64,000 nt of DNA from Bacillota bacterium (GTDB lineage: Bacteria; Bacillota; Desulfitobacteriia; Desulfitobacteriales; JAJXUE01): the NCBI GenBank assembly GCA_021783135.1, contig JAJXUE010000006.1, positions 10,416-74,415 on the forward strand, given 5' to 3'. Under the pieces are notes generated by a model that ran no database searches, had not been told where the DNA came from, and saw nothing but the letters and a program-made list of their open reading frames with translations. Shown here piece by piece: positions 6,870 through 15,924 of the stretch (position 1 is the first letter of the stretch; each line of letters opens with the position of its first letter). Made by a program: the position numbers and the translations under genes.

Positions 6870-8531
6870 CTATTCTGCGAGCCGGCCAAGGCTTGCTCGT
6901 ACCAGCAGGCGCATGCAAACCCAGTAATTGCGTTCCGAACGGGAGGGTGCGTTATTTATTCTAGAGCGGCACTCTTGCTCGGAGAACCACCAATCACAAC
7001 CTAGTTTGCCGCGCTCAAGGTTTCTGGTTATCTCAGCAATTATTTGTGAACTCCAGTTTTTACGTTGCGTATAAGCTAGGACGCGGTCAGCCAAGGCTTG
7101 GTAAGTGGGATGAAGAAAGGTATGAGTATCCTGATCATAGGCCAAGTCAAGCAGGGGAACTACCCCTGACATGTCACGCGAAATATCAGCTAACAAGTCC
7201 TGTTCCTCATTGGAGGAAGCGATATATAGGTAATAAAGCTTAGCCGTATGTTTTTCACCTGAATTGCGTAGGATGCGACCCAGCCTCTGGATGCGTTGTC
7301 GGTTACTGCTACTGGAGGAAGCTATAATACCGATATCGGTTGCAGGCACATTGAGGCCTTCATCTAGGGCGCGGCAGCTTACCAGAATGCGAATTTGCGC
7401 AGTCTGATATTGGCGCAGGACTTCTTTTCTTGTCCACTCGTCCATGCCGGAGTGATAACGTCCTACTTGTCCAGGAAATAGGAGCTGTAACTCTGCATAG
7501 ATCATATTAGCCGTGACAATTCTTTCGCTAAAAACCAAAACTTTTGAACTCAGCGGTAGCTGGGTGAGTAGATCTTTGACACAGCTTATCCGCGCTTCCG
7601 CCCGGTAGACCAGATCTTTGCGTTTGGTGGACAGGATGAGTACAGAACGAGCTAGGGAAGCAATTGTGTCATCCTCTGAATCTTGGGCTAAGTTCTCCAA
7701 AGTGGCAAAAAAACGTTGTTTACTTAACCCATTGAGAAATGAACAGCGACGTAGAAGGTATTCTAGGACGTGGGTCAGTTGTTCGCTAAGGTCCCAATAT
7801 TGCTCCGCTTCAACTGGGGTAAATTGTAGTTTAAGATTAAAGATGGCAAAAGTACTAATGATTTTGGCGTTCAAGGCTTCGCTGAAACCATATTTAAAAA
7901 TCTCAGTTCCCAGTGCAGGCACCAGTTTTTCGTTAGAGGCAGCAGTTTCCGGTGTGGCAGATAACCCAAGGGCATAGTAATTGGCGGTGTTACGAGTTAA
8001 GTAGGACATAAAATTAAAGATGCGCGAATTTTCGGGGCTGCTATAGCGATGGCATTCGTCAGCAATCAGCAGGACAGGGCTACCTTGCTGAAAGTCGTGT
8101 AGTAGATGCTGCGGTAAAGTGTAGCGGGCCGAATTTACGACATAAATCATATATTTGCGGGTTGGGAGGTCTTTGTGTGTTCCACAATAAATTCCAATGT
8201 CAGATTTGGCAACAGTGAGATCCTGCTGGATGCTTTGTAACCACTGATTGGCTAAAAAAACTTTGGGTACGATGATTTTGATTTTTAAGGCGGGTGTCTG
8301 CTCAGCCCGTAATTCATATTCCAACCTGGCAATGGCGCCTAGGGCTAGGATGGTTTTGCCTGCTCCGGTAACTACATTGACAATGCCTTTTTTCTGGTTG
8401 TGAAACCAGATATTCAAACATTCCTTCTGCCAAGGGAAGAGCTGTTTGTTTAGTAGGGCATATGCGTTAGAATTGGCTTTGTCGGCACCGGCCGGAATGT
8501 GCTTGTACATAAAAGTCATACCTTTTCTCAC
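6870..8531 (-). CDS. superfamily 2 DECH-box helicase (type III restriction Res / XPB-like core) with a roughly 110-aa C-terminal extension
   Basis: 553 aa. Motif I VTGAGKT, motif II LIADECHRY, motif III LSATPE, motif VI QRIQRLGRILR. The start is ambiguous (GTG 8531, ATG 8519 or ATG 8510). Confidence 0.85.
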   Translation of the reverse strand: MRKGMTFMYKHIPAGADKANSNAYALLNKQLFPWQKECLNIWFHNQKKGIVNVVTGAGKTILALGAIARLEYELRAEQTPALKIKIIVPKVFLANQWLQSIQQDLTVAKSDIGIYCGTHKDLPTRKYMIYVVNSARYTLPQHLLHDFQQGSPVLLIADECHRYSSPENSRIFNFMSYLTRNTANYYALGLSATPETAASNEKLVPALGTEIFKYGFSEALNAKIISTFAIFNLKLQFTPVEAEQYWDLSEQLTHVLEYLLRRCSFLNGLSKQRFFATLENLAQDSEDDTIASLARSVLILSTKRKDLVYRAEARISCVKDLLTQLPLSSKVLVFSERIVTANMIYAELQLLFPGQVGRYHSGMDEWTRKEVLRQYQTAQIRILVSCRALDEGLNVPATDIGIIASSSSSNRQRIQRLGRILRNSGEKHTAKLYYLYIASSNEEQDLLADISRDMSGVVPLLDLAYDQDTHTFLHPTYQALADRVLAYTQRKNWSSQIIAEITRNLERGKLGCDWWFSEQECRSRINNAPSRSERNYWVCMRLLVRASLGRLAE

Positions 8532-8692
8532 AGAGACTCAGCGATGGTTACTGTGTATATGCTTAGTATGACATTGTTGGATAATTGAGGCAAGTGTGGT
8601 AGGAAATAACCATCTTCGCGTCGAATGTTTGCGAAATAGAATTGGTTTGTGCTTGGGCAAAGCGAATAAATAGAGAATAAAGGAGCAACACG

Positions 8693-9481
8693 ATGCCAAA
8701 TTATGAAGATTTGTATAAGAACATGGCGGTTGGCGAAAAGGAACTTAAGGATAAGCTTAACAATCAGCAAAAGCTGTTTAAGAGCTTGAGCAAAAGTCTG
8801 GCCAAGGGTGACCTTAAGGGCTGGAATAAAGATTTAGTTGCAATGCGAGATCACATGAAAGAACAAGAAATCTTGCTGGAGGGAATGCAGAAGCAGGTTG
8901 ACGAATTTGGAATTCGTGCGTATGTAGAAAATGGCGACTTTGTGGAACAAATGCTGGACTATTGTGCTCGGCTGGAGGTGGATGTAAAAGGAGAGTATCC
9001 CATGTATGAGATGTTTCCTTTTCGGGTCAGGATTGACAGCGAAAATCTAGATTTATATCTTGATCGTAAGCGTGTCCAGTGCTTGCGTCCATTGGCCTTG
9101 GTGCAAGATGTGAAGGCTGCTCAGGATAAATTATTAAAGGCTGCTTTTGATCCAGGTGGCTTTATTAAAGAACTGGCGGTAGCTTATGATTTGACACTGT
9201 TAAAACAACAACACCAGACCCAAACAGCGGTTACAAAAGTAGGGGATATTTATTTAAAGAGTTTATACACTCTCTTAACCCCTATGCGCCGCTTTCGCAA
9301 GGAGTATGACCTACAGAGTTTCGCGTTCGATTTGGCTCGACTTTATGCTTCAGAGCTGCGTGCCACAGAGGATGGGCGACAGTTTCAGTTTGGTCCCAGT
9401 CGCAATATTAACAAAGCCATCCGTATCCTTGATAAGGATGGTAAGGAACAGTATCTGGCTACAATTAGGTTTTTTGAATAG
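8693..9481 (+). CDS. hypothetical protein, first gene of the divergent ATPase operon
   Basis: 262 aa. AAAGGAG RBS 7 nt before the ATG. The N-terminal ~70 aa are coiled-coil-like and K/E/Q rich. I recognise no catalytic motif. Confidence 0.7.
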   Translation: MPNYEDLYKNMAVGEKELKDKLNNQQKLFKSLSKSLAKGDLKGWNKDLVAMRDHMKEQEILLEGMQKQVDEFGIRAYVENGDFVEQMLDYCARLEVDVKGEYPMYEMFPFRVRIDSENLDLYLDRKRVQCLRPLALVQDVKAAQDKLLKAAFDPGGFIKELAVAYDLTLLKQQHQTQTAVTKVGDIYLKSLYTLLTPMRRFRKEYDLQSFAFDLARLYASELRATEDGRQFQFGPSRNINKAIRILDKDGKEQYLATIRFFE

Positions 9482-9492
9482 GGGGGATTACA

Positions 9493-10713
9493 TTGGAAAA
9501 CGCTGCTTTAGCCGTTGCCCGCTTGCGAGAGGGACTGCCTCCGGGTAATCGCGAGATCCTACAAGAAATATCAGTCGGCTGTGATTTTTTGCTGGATTTC
9601 TGGCGTGATAAATATTTTGAGAGCTATTTGGATAAGGGTGGTAGCAAAATAAAGTTCTTGACAGGTCGTATGGGAAGTGGAAAAACTCACTTTCTCGAGA
9701 TGTTAGCGTTGGAAACGGAAAAAATGGGCTATATCCCTATTACTCTTTCAGCACGGGACTTTTGGATTCATGATTTCAAGGAAATCTATACTGCAATATT
9801 GCGTCAGGTCAAGCTTTTGGAGCGGTTGCAGTTATGTAGCCGCGAGATAGTTCGGCAGTTGGGTTATGAGCCTGAGGATATGCCTGAGGACATAAGTTTT
9901 GCCGATTATTTGTCCAGCCAAGGAAGGCTTGATCCATTAACCAAACGGGAAATAAGGGAGCAGTTGGAAAAACAATTTCTTGCTAATCCCTTGCTAGACA
10001 ATAATTTTGCCTTGGCCTGTGCTATGTTGACTGGAGGTATCCTAGGGCACCCAACATTAGAAGATGCCAGTCGCACGCTATTGCTTCAGTGGTTGGAAGG
10101 GAGCCGGGAAACTAAAATGTCCTCATTGCGTCGGTTGGGCTTGTCGCCGAGCAAAATCACGAAATACAATGCCAGGCATATGCTGCGTTCCTTGGTGGAG
10201 GTTTGTCATCTGGCAGGCTACAAGGGTCTGGTCATCGCCATTGATAATCTGGAAATTCTAGCCGGTGCTGAAAGCGAGGAAGCACTACGTTATACGCGTT
10301 TGAAACGTGAAGATGCGTATGAAAGTATCCGTGAGTTGATTGATGAAATTGATACCCTAAAGCACACTATGTTTATTTTTTCCTTTGATCGCAGTCTGAT
10401 GGATGATGATTCCAAAGGTCTAAAATCTTATCAAGCCTTGTGGATGCGCATTCAGAATGAAATTGAAGGTTCCCGTTTTAATCGTTTCGCTGACATTGTG
10501 GATATTGATCGGCTGATTGATGAAATCTATACACCGGAAAATATTGTGCAAATATCCACTCGTCTAGCCCAAGTCATTAATCGCCTTGCTCAAGGTGCTA
10601 CTCCTATTAATCTCAGCACAGCGGAAGAGCTGTATGCCAAGTCTAGGTTTGGCAAGATGTCTTTACTCAGGCGGGTAGTGCTTTCTACCTTACAGGAAGG
10701 AGCGGAACAATAA
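9493..10713 (+). CDS. P-loop NTPase, DUF2791/BrxD-like (paralogue 1; Walker B is DN rather than DE)
   Basis: 406 aa. N-terminal ARLREGLPP, then Walker A GRMGSGKTH, then Walker B-like GLVIAIDNLE. TTG start 11 nt after the upstream stop. Confidence 0.7.
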   Translation: MENAALAVARLREGLPPGNREILQEISVGCDFLLDFWRDKYFESYLDKGGSKIKFLTGRMGSGKTHFLEMLALETEKMGYIPITLSARDFWIHDFKEIYTAILRQVKLLERLQLCSREIVRQLGYEPEDMPEDISFADYLSSQGRLDPLTKREIREQLEKQFLANPLLDNNFALACAMLTGGILGHPTLEDASRTLLLQWLEGSRETKMSSLRRLGLSPSKITKYNARHMLRSLVEVCHLAGYKGLVIAIDNLEILAGAESEEALRYTRLKREDAYESIRELIDEIDTLKHTMFIFSFDRSLMDDDSKGLKSYQALWMRIQNEIEGSRFNRFADIVDIDRLIDEIYTPENIVQISTRLAQVINRLAQGATPINLSTAEELYAKSRFGKMSLLRRVVLSTLQEGAEQ

Positions 10714-11942
10714 TGGATTTTGCAGCTCAGAGGGTTGTGGAGGCATTGCGTTCTGGAGTGTCTTCCCGAGCAGTGGGACATTACTTTTCATCAGCTCGTC
10801 CAGAATTAATGAAGCAGATTTCCCATAAGCTTGATGTGGTGCGCGAGACTGGGGTATCTGGTGGGATGGTGATTTCGGGCAAATATGGCGAGGGTAAGAC
10901 CCACCTTTTGAATACAGTGTTTAATATGGCCCACAGCAACAATATGGTCGTCAGTTTGATCTCGCTGAGTAAAGAAACCCCGTTCGACAAATTGTTTCTT
11001 GTTTATCAGAAACTGGTCAGCAATACTTATCTGCCACAACGTCTGCAACCTGGATTTCAACATATGTTGCAAGATATCACCCCTAATAATCCTATCGCTC
11101 AGGACTTGTTATCTTTTACAGGTAAGCACTTGGAGACGGACAAACTTTTCTTTGTGTTACGTTCCTTTCTTAATGTCGATGATCCTGATGATAAATATTT
11201 GCTGATGGCAGATTTAGAGGGCGACTTCATCAATACTGCCTTGCTGCGCCAGATCTATAAGAGGATTTTTGCGCAACCAGTACGCTATGCAGTACCCTTC
11301 AGCAAAACGCGTCACAGTATGGACTATTTTAGCATGTTGAGTCATCTGTTTAAACAGATGGGTTTCAATGGTTGGGTCATCCTCTTTGATGAGACGGAAT
11401 TGGTTGGTCGTCTTGGCAAAAAGGCCCGACTTAACGCTTACAATAATATGGCAGCATTTTTGTTTCCGGAGCGGTATTCGCGCTTGGAGTCTACTTTTAC
11501 GATGTTTGCTATGGGAGCATCCTATCAGGAGGATGTAATAGAGTCCAAGCATGAGTTTGAGAACGTCACCACGACGTATGTGGATCGTGCCCAGCGTGAA
11601 CCTGTTGAAAAGGTGCTGCAGCAAATTGTTGGCGCGCCTCAGTTGCAACCACTAAATCAAACTGAAATTTTGACAGTGCTGGAACAGGTACAGATTTTTC
11701 ACGGCCAAGCCTATGACTGGCAGCCAAATCTGGATGTACGTGAAGTGTTAAAAGCCTCGGAAAATCGGGGGTATTTGTTGAGAACTAAAATCCGAGCTGC
11801 CGTAGAATTGCTGGATCAGCTTTACCAGTACGGACAGGCTGGAGACATTCGGATCAATGAACTGGGAGAACCACAGTATCAAGATGAGGAACTGCCTTCG
11901 CTGGATGAATGTATGGGCGAGGAAGATTTAGATTTAGCATAA
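10713..11942 (+). CDS. P-loop NTPase, DUF2791/BrxD-like (paralogue 2; canonical Walker B)
   Basis: 409 aa. N-terminal VEALRSGVSS, Walker A GKYGEGKTH, Walker B GWVILFDETE. Its ATG shares one nucleotide with the upstream TAA (TAATG). Confidence 0.7.
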   Translation: MDFAAQRVVEALRSGVSSRAVGHYFSSARPELMKQISHKLDVVRETGVSGGMVISGKYGEGKTHLLNTVFNMAHSNNMVVSLISLSKETPFDKLFLVYQKLVSNTYLPQRLQPGFQHMLQDITPNNPIAQDLLSFTGKHLETDKLFFVLRSFLNVDDPDDKYLLMADLEGDFINTALLRQIYKRIFAQPVRYAVPFSKTRHSMDYFSMLSHLFKQMGFNGWVILFDETELVGRLGKKARLNAYNNMAAFLFPERYSRLESTFTMFAMGASYQEDVIESKHEFENVTTTYVDRAQREPVEKVLQQIVGAPQLQPLNQTEILTVLEQVQIFHGQAYDWQPNLDVREVLKASENRGYLLRTKIRAAVELLDQLYQYGQAGDIRINELGEPQYQDEELPSLDECMGEEDLDLA

Positions 11943-12018
11943 GAGGGTAGATAACACGACTAGCTAATACCCTCAATTTTTGTCGTGCACGGAGAACAGA
12001 AAGGGACTTGAATTTACT

Positions 12019-12059
12019 AAGGGCTGTCCAAACTGATAATGAGTTTGGACAGCCCTTTT
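12019..12059 (+). terminator. rho-independent terminator of the ATPase operon
   Basis: AAGGGCTGTCCAAAC-tgataatga-GTTTGGACAGCCCTT followed by TTTT. Confidence 0.7.
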
Positions 12060-12286
12060 GTGTGGGAATGGGCATCGGTGCATAAAAAATTGAGCGTTTT
12101 TCCATTTGAGATAGGCTGAGCTGGATTGCTTTAAAAATGGTAATTATATGTAATTGTTATTAAGATAAGGTCTTGATAGTAAATAAATGTGTTGACACAG
12201 AATTTACATATACTATAAAATTATAGTAAAAAATGGGTTAATATCCAACAACTTCATTAAGGTGAAAAAACTAGGAGGAAGAAAGA

Positions 12287-13876
12287 GTGAAGAGAGTACA
12301 AGGAGTAACAAGAGTAAAAAGAATTATCGCGCTTGCTCTGGCTACAGTCTTAATTGGTGCAGTCTTAACCGGGTGCAGTAGCAGTACCAACAGCAACACA
12401 GAAAGCAACACGGCGCCCAAGCCCAATGATACGCTGATTTATGCGCAGGGTGCCGAACCGAGGGGACTTGATCCGGCACTGGTTGACGACGGTGAGTCCG
12501 CTAAGGTCATGAGCAACATTTACGAAGGGCTTCTAAAGTACAACAAGGATTCCACTAAGGTGGAGCCGTCCTTAGCTGAAAGCTGGGATGTCAGTCCGGA
12601 TGGTTTAAGCTATATTTTTCATCTGCGGCAGGGGGTTAAGTTCCAAGACGGTACCGATTTTGATGCCAATGCTGTGAAATTTAATATCGACCGGCAGCTA
12701 CCACCGCAGGTAACCCAGGATATGGCGTATGCTTCTTTCGTTTTCGGCTCGGTAAAAGATGTTCAGGTCGTTGACAAGAATACCGTTAAAATCAATTTGA
12801 AAGCGCCCAGCACACCTTTTTTGAATAATTTGGCCATGATCATGGCTGCGCCGATGGTTAGTCCTAAAGCCTTGAAAGACAATAACAATAATGTCAATCA
12901 AGCACCTGTAGGCACAGGCCCGTACAAGTTCGTTAAATGGGAAAAGGATCAAGATATTGTTTTAGTCAGCAATGGCGACTACTGGGGAACGAAGGCCCTA
13001 ACCAAGAATGTTATCTTCAAATTCATCAAGGACAACTCAGCACGCGTGGTTGCCTTAAACAACGGTGAGGCTGATATCATCGACGGTATTGATGCCACTG
13101 TGGTAAAGCAGATCACTGATTCCGGCAATAAAATCTTCCAGGCCCCAGGCATGAACATCAACTATATGGCCTATAATACCTCCCGCAAGCCTTTTAATGA
13201 TGCCAAGCTCCGAGTGGCTATATCACAGGCTATTAACGTTCCGGAACTGGTGCAGAGTCTGTATCAGGGTTATTCCGAACCTGCTACCTCCGTGCTGCCG
13301 ACCTTTATGGAAGGGTATGACAAGAGTATCGCCCAAGTAGCCTATGATCCCACTGCTGCAGCCAAAAGCTTGAAGGACGCTGGCTTAACTTCCGTGCACA
13401 TGATTGCCTATACCAACCCGAGACCTTATAACGCTGCTACCGGGCAGGTTCTGGCCGAAGCTATTCAAGGCTATCTGGCCAAAGTTGGGGTGACTGCTAA
13501 GATCGATTCCTATGACTGGACTACTTACAAACAAAAAGTCAAAGCAGGCGATTACGATATTGCTTTCTATGGCTGGATTGGTGATAATGGCGACCCGGAT
13601 AACTTCATGTACCTTTTGTCGGTTGATGACCCAACTATGAACATTGCCCGCTATAAAAATGACCAATTCAATAGCTTAATTGCGAAAGGTTTGGTCACTC
13701 CGGCTGGTGCTGAGCGCAATGCCATTTACACGCAGCTGGAAAAAATCGCGGCTGCTGATGCTGCTTGGCTGCCAATTTCGCACGCACAAACGCTTTGTGC
13801 TTACCGCCCTAATGTCGAGAATTTCTATTTTCACATGACTGGGATTACTCCGTTTGCCGGGGTAGTCAAGAAATAA
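12287..13876 (+). CDS. ABC transporter substrate-binding lipoprotein, family 5 (peptide/nickel, Opp/Dpp type)
   Basis: 529 aa. Signal peptide with lipobox LTGC. Family-5 SBP length and composition. First gene of a five-gene transporter operon. TTGACA-N16-TATAAA promoter at about 12192. Confidence 0.9.
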   Translation: MKRVQGVTRVKRIIALALATVLIGAVLTGCSSSTNSNTESNTAPKPNDTLIYAQGAEPRGLDPALVDDGESAKVMSNIYEGLLKYNKDSTKVEPSLAESWDVSPDGLSYIFHLRQGVKFQDGTDFDANAVKFNIDRQLPPQVTQDMAYASFVFGSVKDVQVVDKNTVKINLKAPSTPFLNNLAMIMAAPMVSPKALKDNNNNVNQAPVGTGPYKFVKWEKDQDIVLVSNGDYWGTKALTKNVIFKFIKDNSARVVALNNGEADIIDGIDATVVKQITDSGNKIFQAPGMNINYMAYNTSRKPFNDAKLRVAISQAINVPELVQSLYQGYSEPATSVLPTFMEGYDKSIAQVAYDPTAAAKSLKDAGLTSVHMIAYTNPRPYNAATGQVLAEAIQGYLAKVGVTAKIDSYDWTTYKQKVKAGDYDIAFYGWIGDNGDPDNFMYLLSVDDPTMNIARYKNDQFNSLIAKGLVTPAGAERNAIYTQLEKIAAADAAWLPISHAQTLCAYRPNVENFYFHMTGITPFAGVVKK

Positions 13877-13964
13877 ACTCCGCTAGAGTTTTGCAATTTA
13901 AACTGCCGAGAACCGGTTTTACGGCTGGTTCCCGGTTTTGTTTTTTGCCGAAAGGTTGTTGCTG

Positions 13965-14981
13965 ATGCTCAAATATATCATAAAACGAATTTTAATGTTA
14001 ATTCCCGTGCTGATAGGGGTATCTATTATTGTCTTTCTCATTATGCGCGTATTTTCGCCGGACCCGGCGCCGATTGTGTTGGGACAACACGCAACGCAGG
14101 CGGCTACTGAGGCCTGGCGGCAGGCCAACGGGCTGAATGATCCGATTTACCTGCAATATGTGCATTATCTGCAAGGCGCACTAACCGGCAATCTTGGCAC
14201 TTCCTACTATACTAAGACGCCTGTGACCAAGGAAATTTTGACGCGTTTTCCGGCTACGATTGAGCTCGCTGTGCTTGCCATCCTCCTTGCCTCCTTGTTC
14301 GGCATCTTGATTGGCGTGATTTCCGCGGTGAAAAAGAACTCAATTTTTGACAATGCCGGTATGCTGCTGGCACTGATCGGTGTTTCCATGCCCATCTTTT
14401 GGCTCGGTATTTTGCTGATTATTTTATTTTCCGGCACCTTACACTGGCTTCCCTCTAACGGCAGAATCAACCCGCTGTTAGAGCCGATCCATGTTACCGG
14501 GTTTTATCTAATTGACAGCTTGACTACAGGTAACATGAATGCGTTTGAGGATGCCTTGCGGCATCTCATCTTGCCAGCGAGTGCTTTGGCCATGTATTCC
14601 ATGGCTATCATTACCAGAATGACGCGCTCCAGCATGCTCGATACCTTACAGCAGGATTTTATTCGCACCGCAAGGGCTAAGGGGATTTCTGAGAGCAGGG
14701 TAATTTACAAGCATGCCTTGCGCAATGGGTTGATTCCGATTATTACAGTAATTGGTTTACAGCTGGGCAGCCTGCTTGGCGGTGCCGTGTTGACGGAAAC
14801 TGTTTTCTCCTGGCCGGGAATTGGCGCCTATACTGTGGCTTGCATTCTGAAATCGGATTTTCCTGTGGTTCAGGGTGTAGTTTTGCTCGTAGCTGCTATT
14901 TTCGTACTCGTGAATTTATGCGTTGATGTGATTTATGGGTTGCTTGATCCGCGTATTAAATATGCTAAAAAAGAGGTGTAG
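13965..14981 (+). CDS. peptide ABC transporter permease (DppB/OppB type)
   Basis: Starts MLKYIIKRIL and carries the EAA-loop region FIRTARAKG. I chose the ATG at 13965 over the tabulated 13938. Confidence 0.9.
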   Translation: MLKYIIKRILMLIPVLIGVSIIVFLIMRVFSPDPAPIVLGQHATQAATEAWRQANGLNDPIYLQYVHYLQGALTGNLGTSYYTKTPVTKEILTRFPATIELAVLAILLASLFGILIGVISAVKKNSIFDNAGMLLALIGVSMPIFWLGILLIILFSGTLHWLPSNGRINPLLEPIHVTGFYLIDSLTTGNMNAFEDALRHLILPASALAMYSMAIITRMTRSSMLDTLQQDFIRTARAKGISESRVIYKHALRNGLIPIITVIGLQLGSLLGGAVLTETVFSWPGIGAYTVACILKSDFPVVQGVVLLVAAIFVLVNLCVDVIYGLLDPRIKYAKKEV

Positions 14982-14986
14982 CAAAG

Positions 14987-15919
14987 ATGAAACTTAAACA
15001 GATTTCACCTTTAGATAAAAATCTGCTACAAGCTGCAGAATACGTGGAAAAACCGGAATCGCAGTTAAGGGCAATGTGGGACACGCTAAGGCAGAACAAG
15101 GCCGCTGTAGTGGGTCTGTTTATTATCGGGTGCCTGGTGCTTATTGCTTTGACAGTATGGCTGAGTGAGTTGCTGGGTAAACAAATTTTGCCTTATGATC
15201 CGAATTACTCCGATATGAGTAAAAGCTTTGTCTGGCCCAATGCCACGCATTGGTTTGGTACGGATCAACTGGGCCGGGATTTATTCAGCAGAATCCTTGA
15301 CGGGACGAAAATCTCCCTGTTTGTGGGGGTTGCCGCTGTTGCCCTTTCGCTTACCGTGGGTGTGATCTTAGGCGCGATCGCCGGTTATCGCGGCGGAAGG
15401 ACGGATGCCGTAATTATGCGGCTGATGGATATGATGTTGGCTATTCCTTCTATTTTGCTAGCTATAGCTTTTATGGCAGCCTTCGGCAAAGGATTAGACA
15501 AAGCGATATTTGCTATCGGACTGGTGTCCATTCCGGAGTACGCCCGGATTGTGCGCGGCAGTATTCTCGCTGTTAAAGAAAATGACTACGTTCAAGCGGC
15601 CAAAATCATCGGCAACAGACCACGGCGCATTATCCGTAAGCATATTTTGCCCAATGTTATTTCTGTTATTGTCGTCAGGGCTACCTTGGGTATTTCTACC
15701 GCGGTGTTGGACACGGCAGCCTTGGGCTTTTTGGGGTTGGGCGTCCAGCCGCCGTTTGCCGAGTGGGGCGATATGCTTGGTCGGGCCAGGGGGTTTATTT
15801 TCACCGCCCCTTATACGCTGATTTTCCCAGGTATCGCTATAACTATTACCGTGCTGGCCTTCAACCTGCTGGGTGATGGGCTGCGCGATGCGCTTGATCC
15901 CAAATCCAGAATAAAATAG
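14987..15919 (+). CDS. peptide ABC transporter permease (DppC/OppC type)
   Basis: 310 aa, multi-transmembrane, with the motif YVQAAKIIG. It is adjacent to the paired permease. Confidence 0.9.
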   Translation: MKLKQISPLDKNLLQAAEYVEKPESQLRAMWDTLRQNKAAVVGLFIIGCLVLIALTVWLSELLGKQILPYDPNYSDMSKSFVWPNATHWFGTDQLGRDLFSRILDGTKISLFVGVAAVALSLTVGVILGAIAGYRGGRTDAVIMRLMDMMLAIPSILLAIAFMAAFGKGLDKAIFAIGLVSIPEYARIVRGSILAVKENDYVQAAKIIGNRPRRIIRKHILPNVISVIVVRATLGISTAVLDTAALGFLGLGVQPPFAEWGDMLGRARGFIFTAPYTLIFPGIAITITVLAFNLLGDGLRDALDPKSRIK

Positions 15920-15924
15920 GGGCG

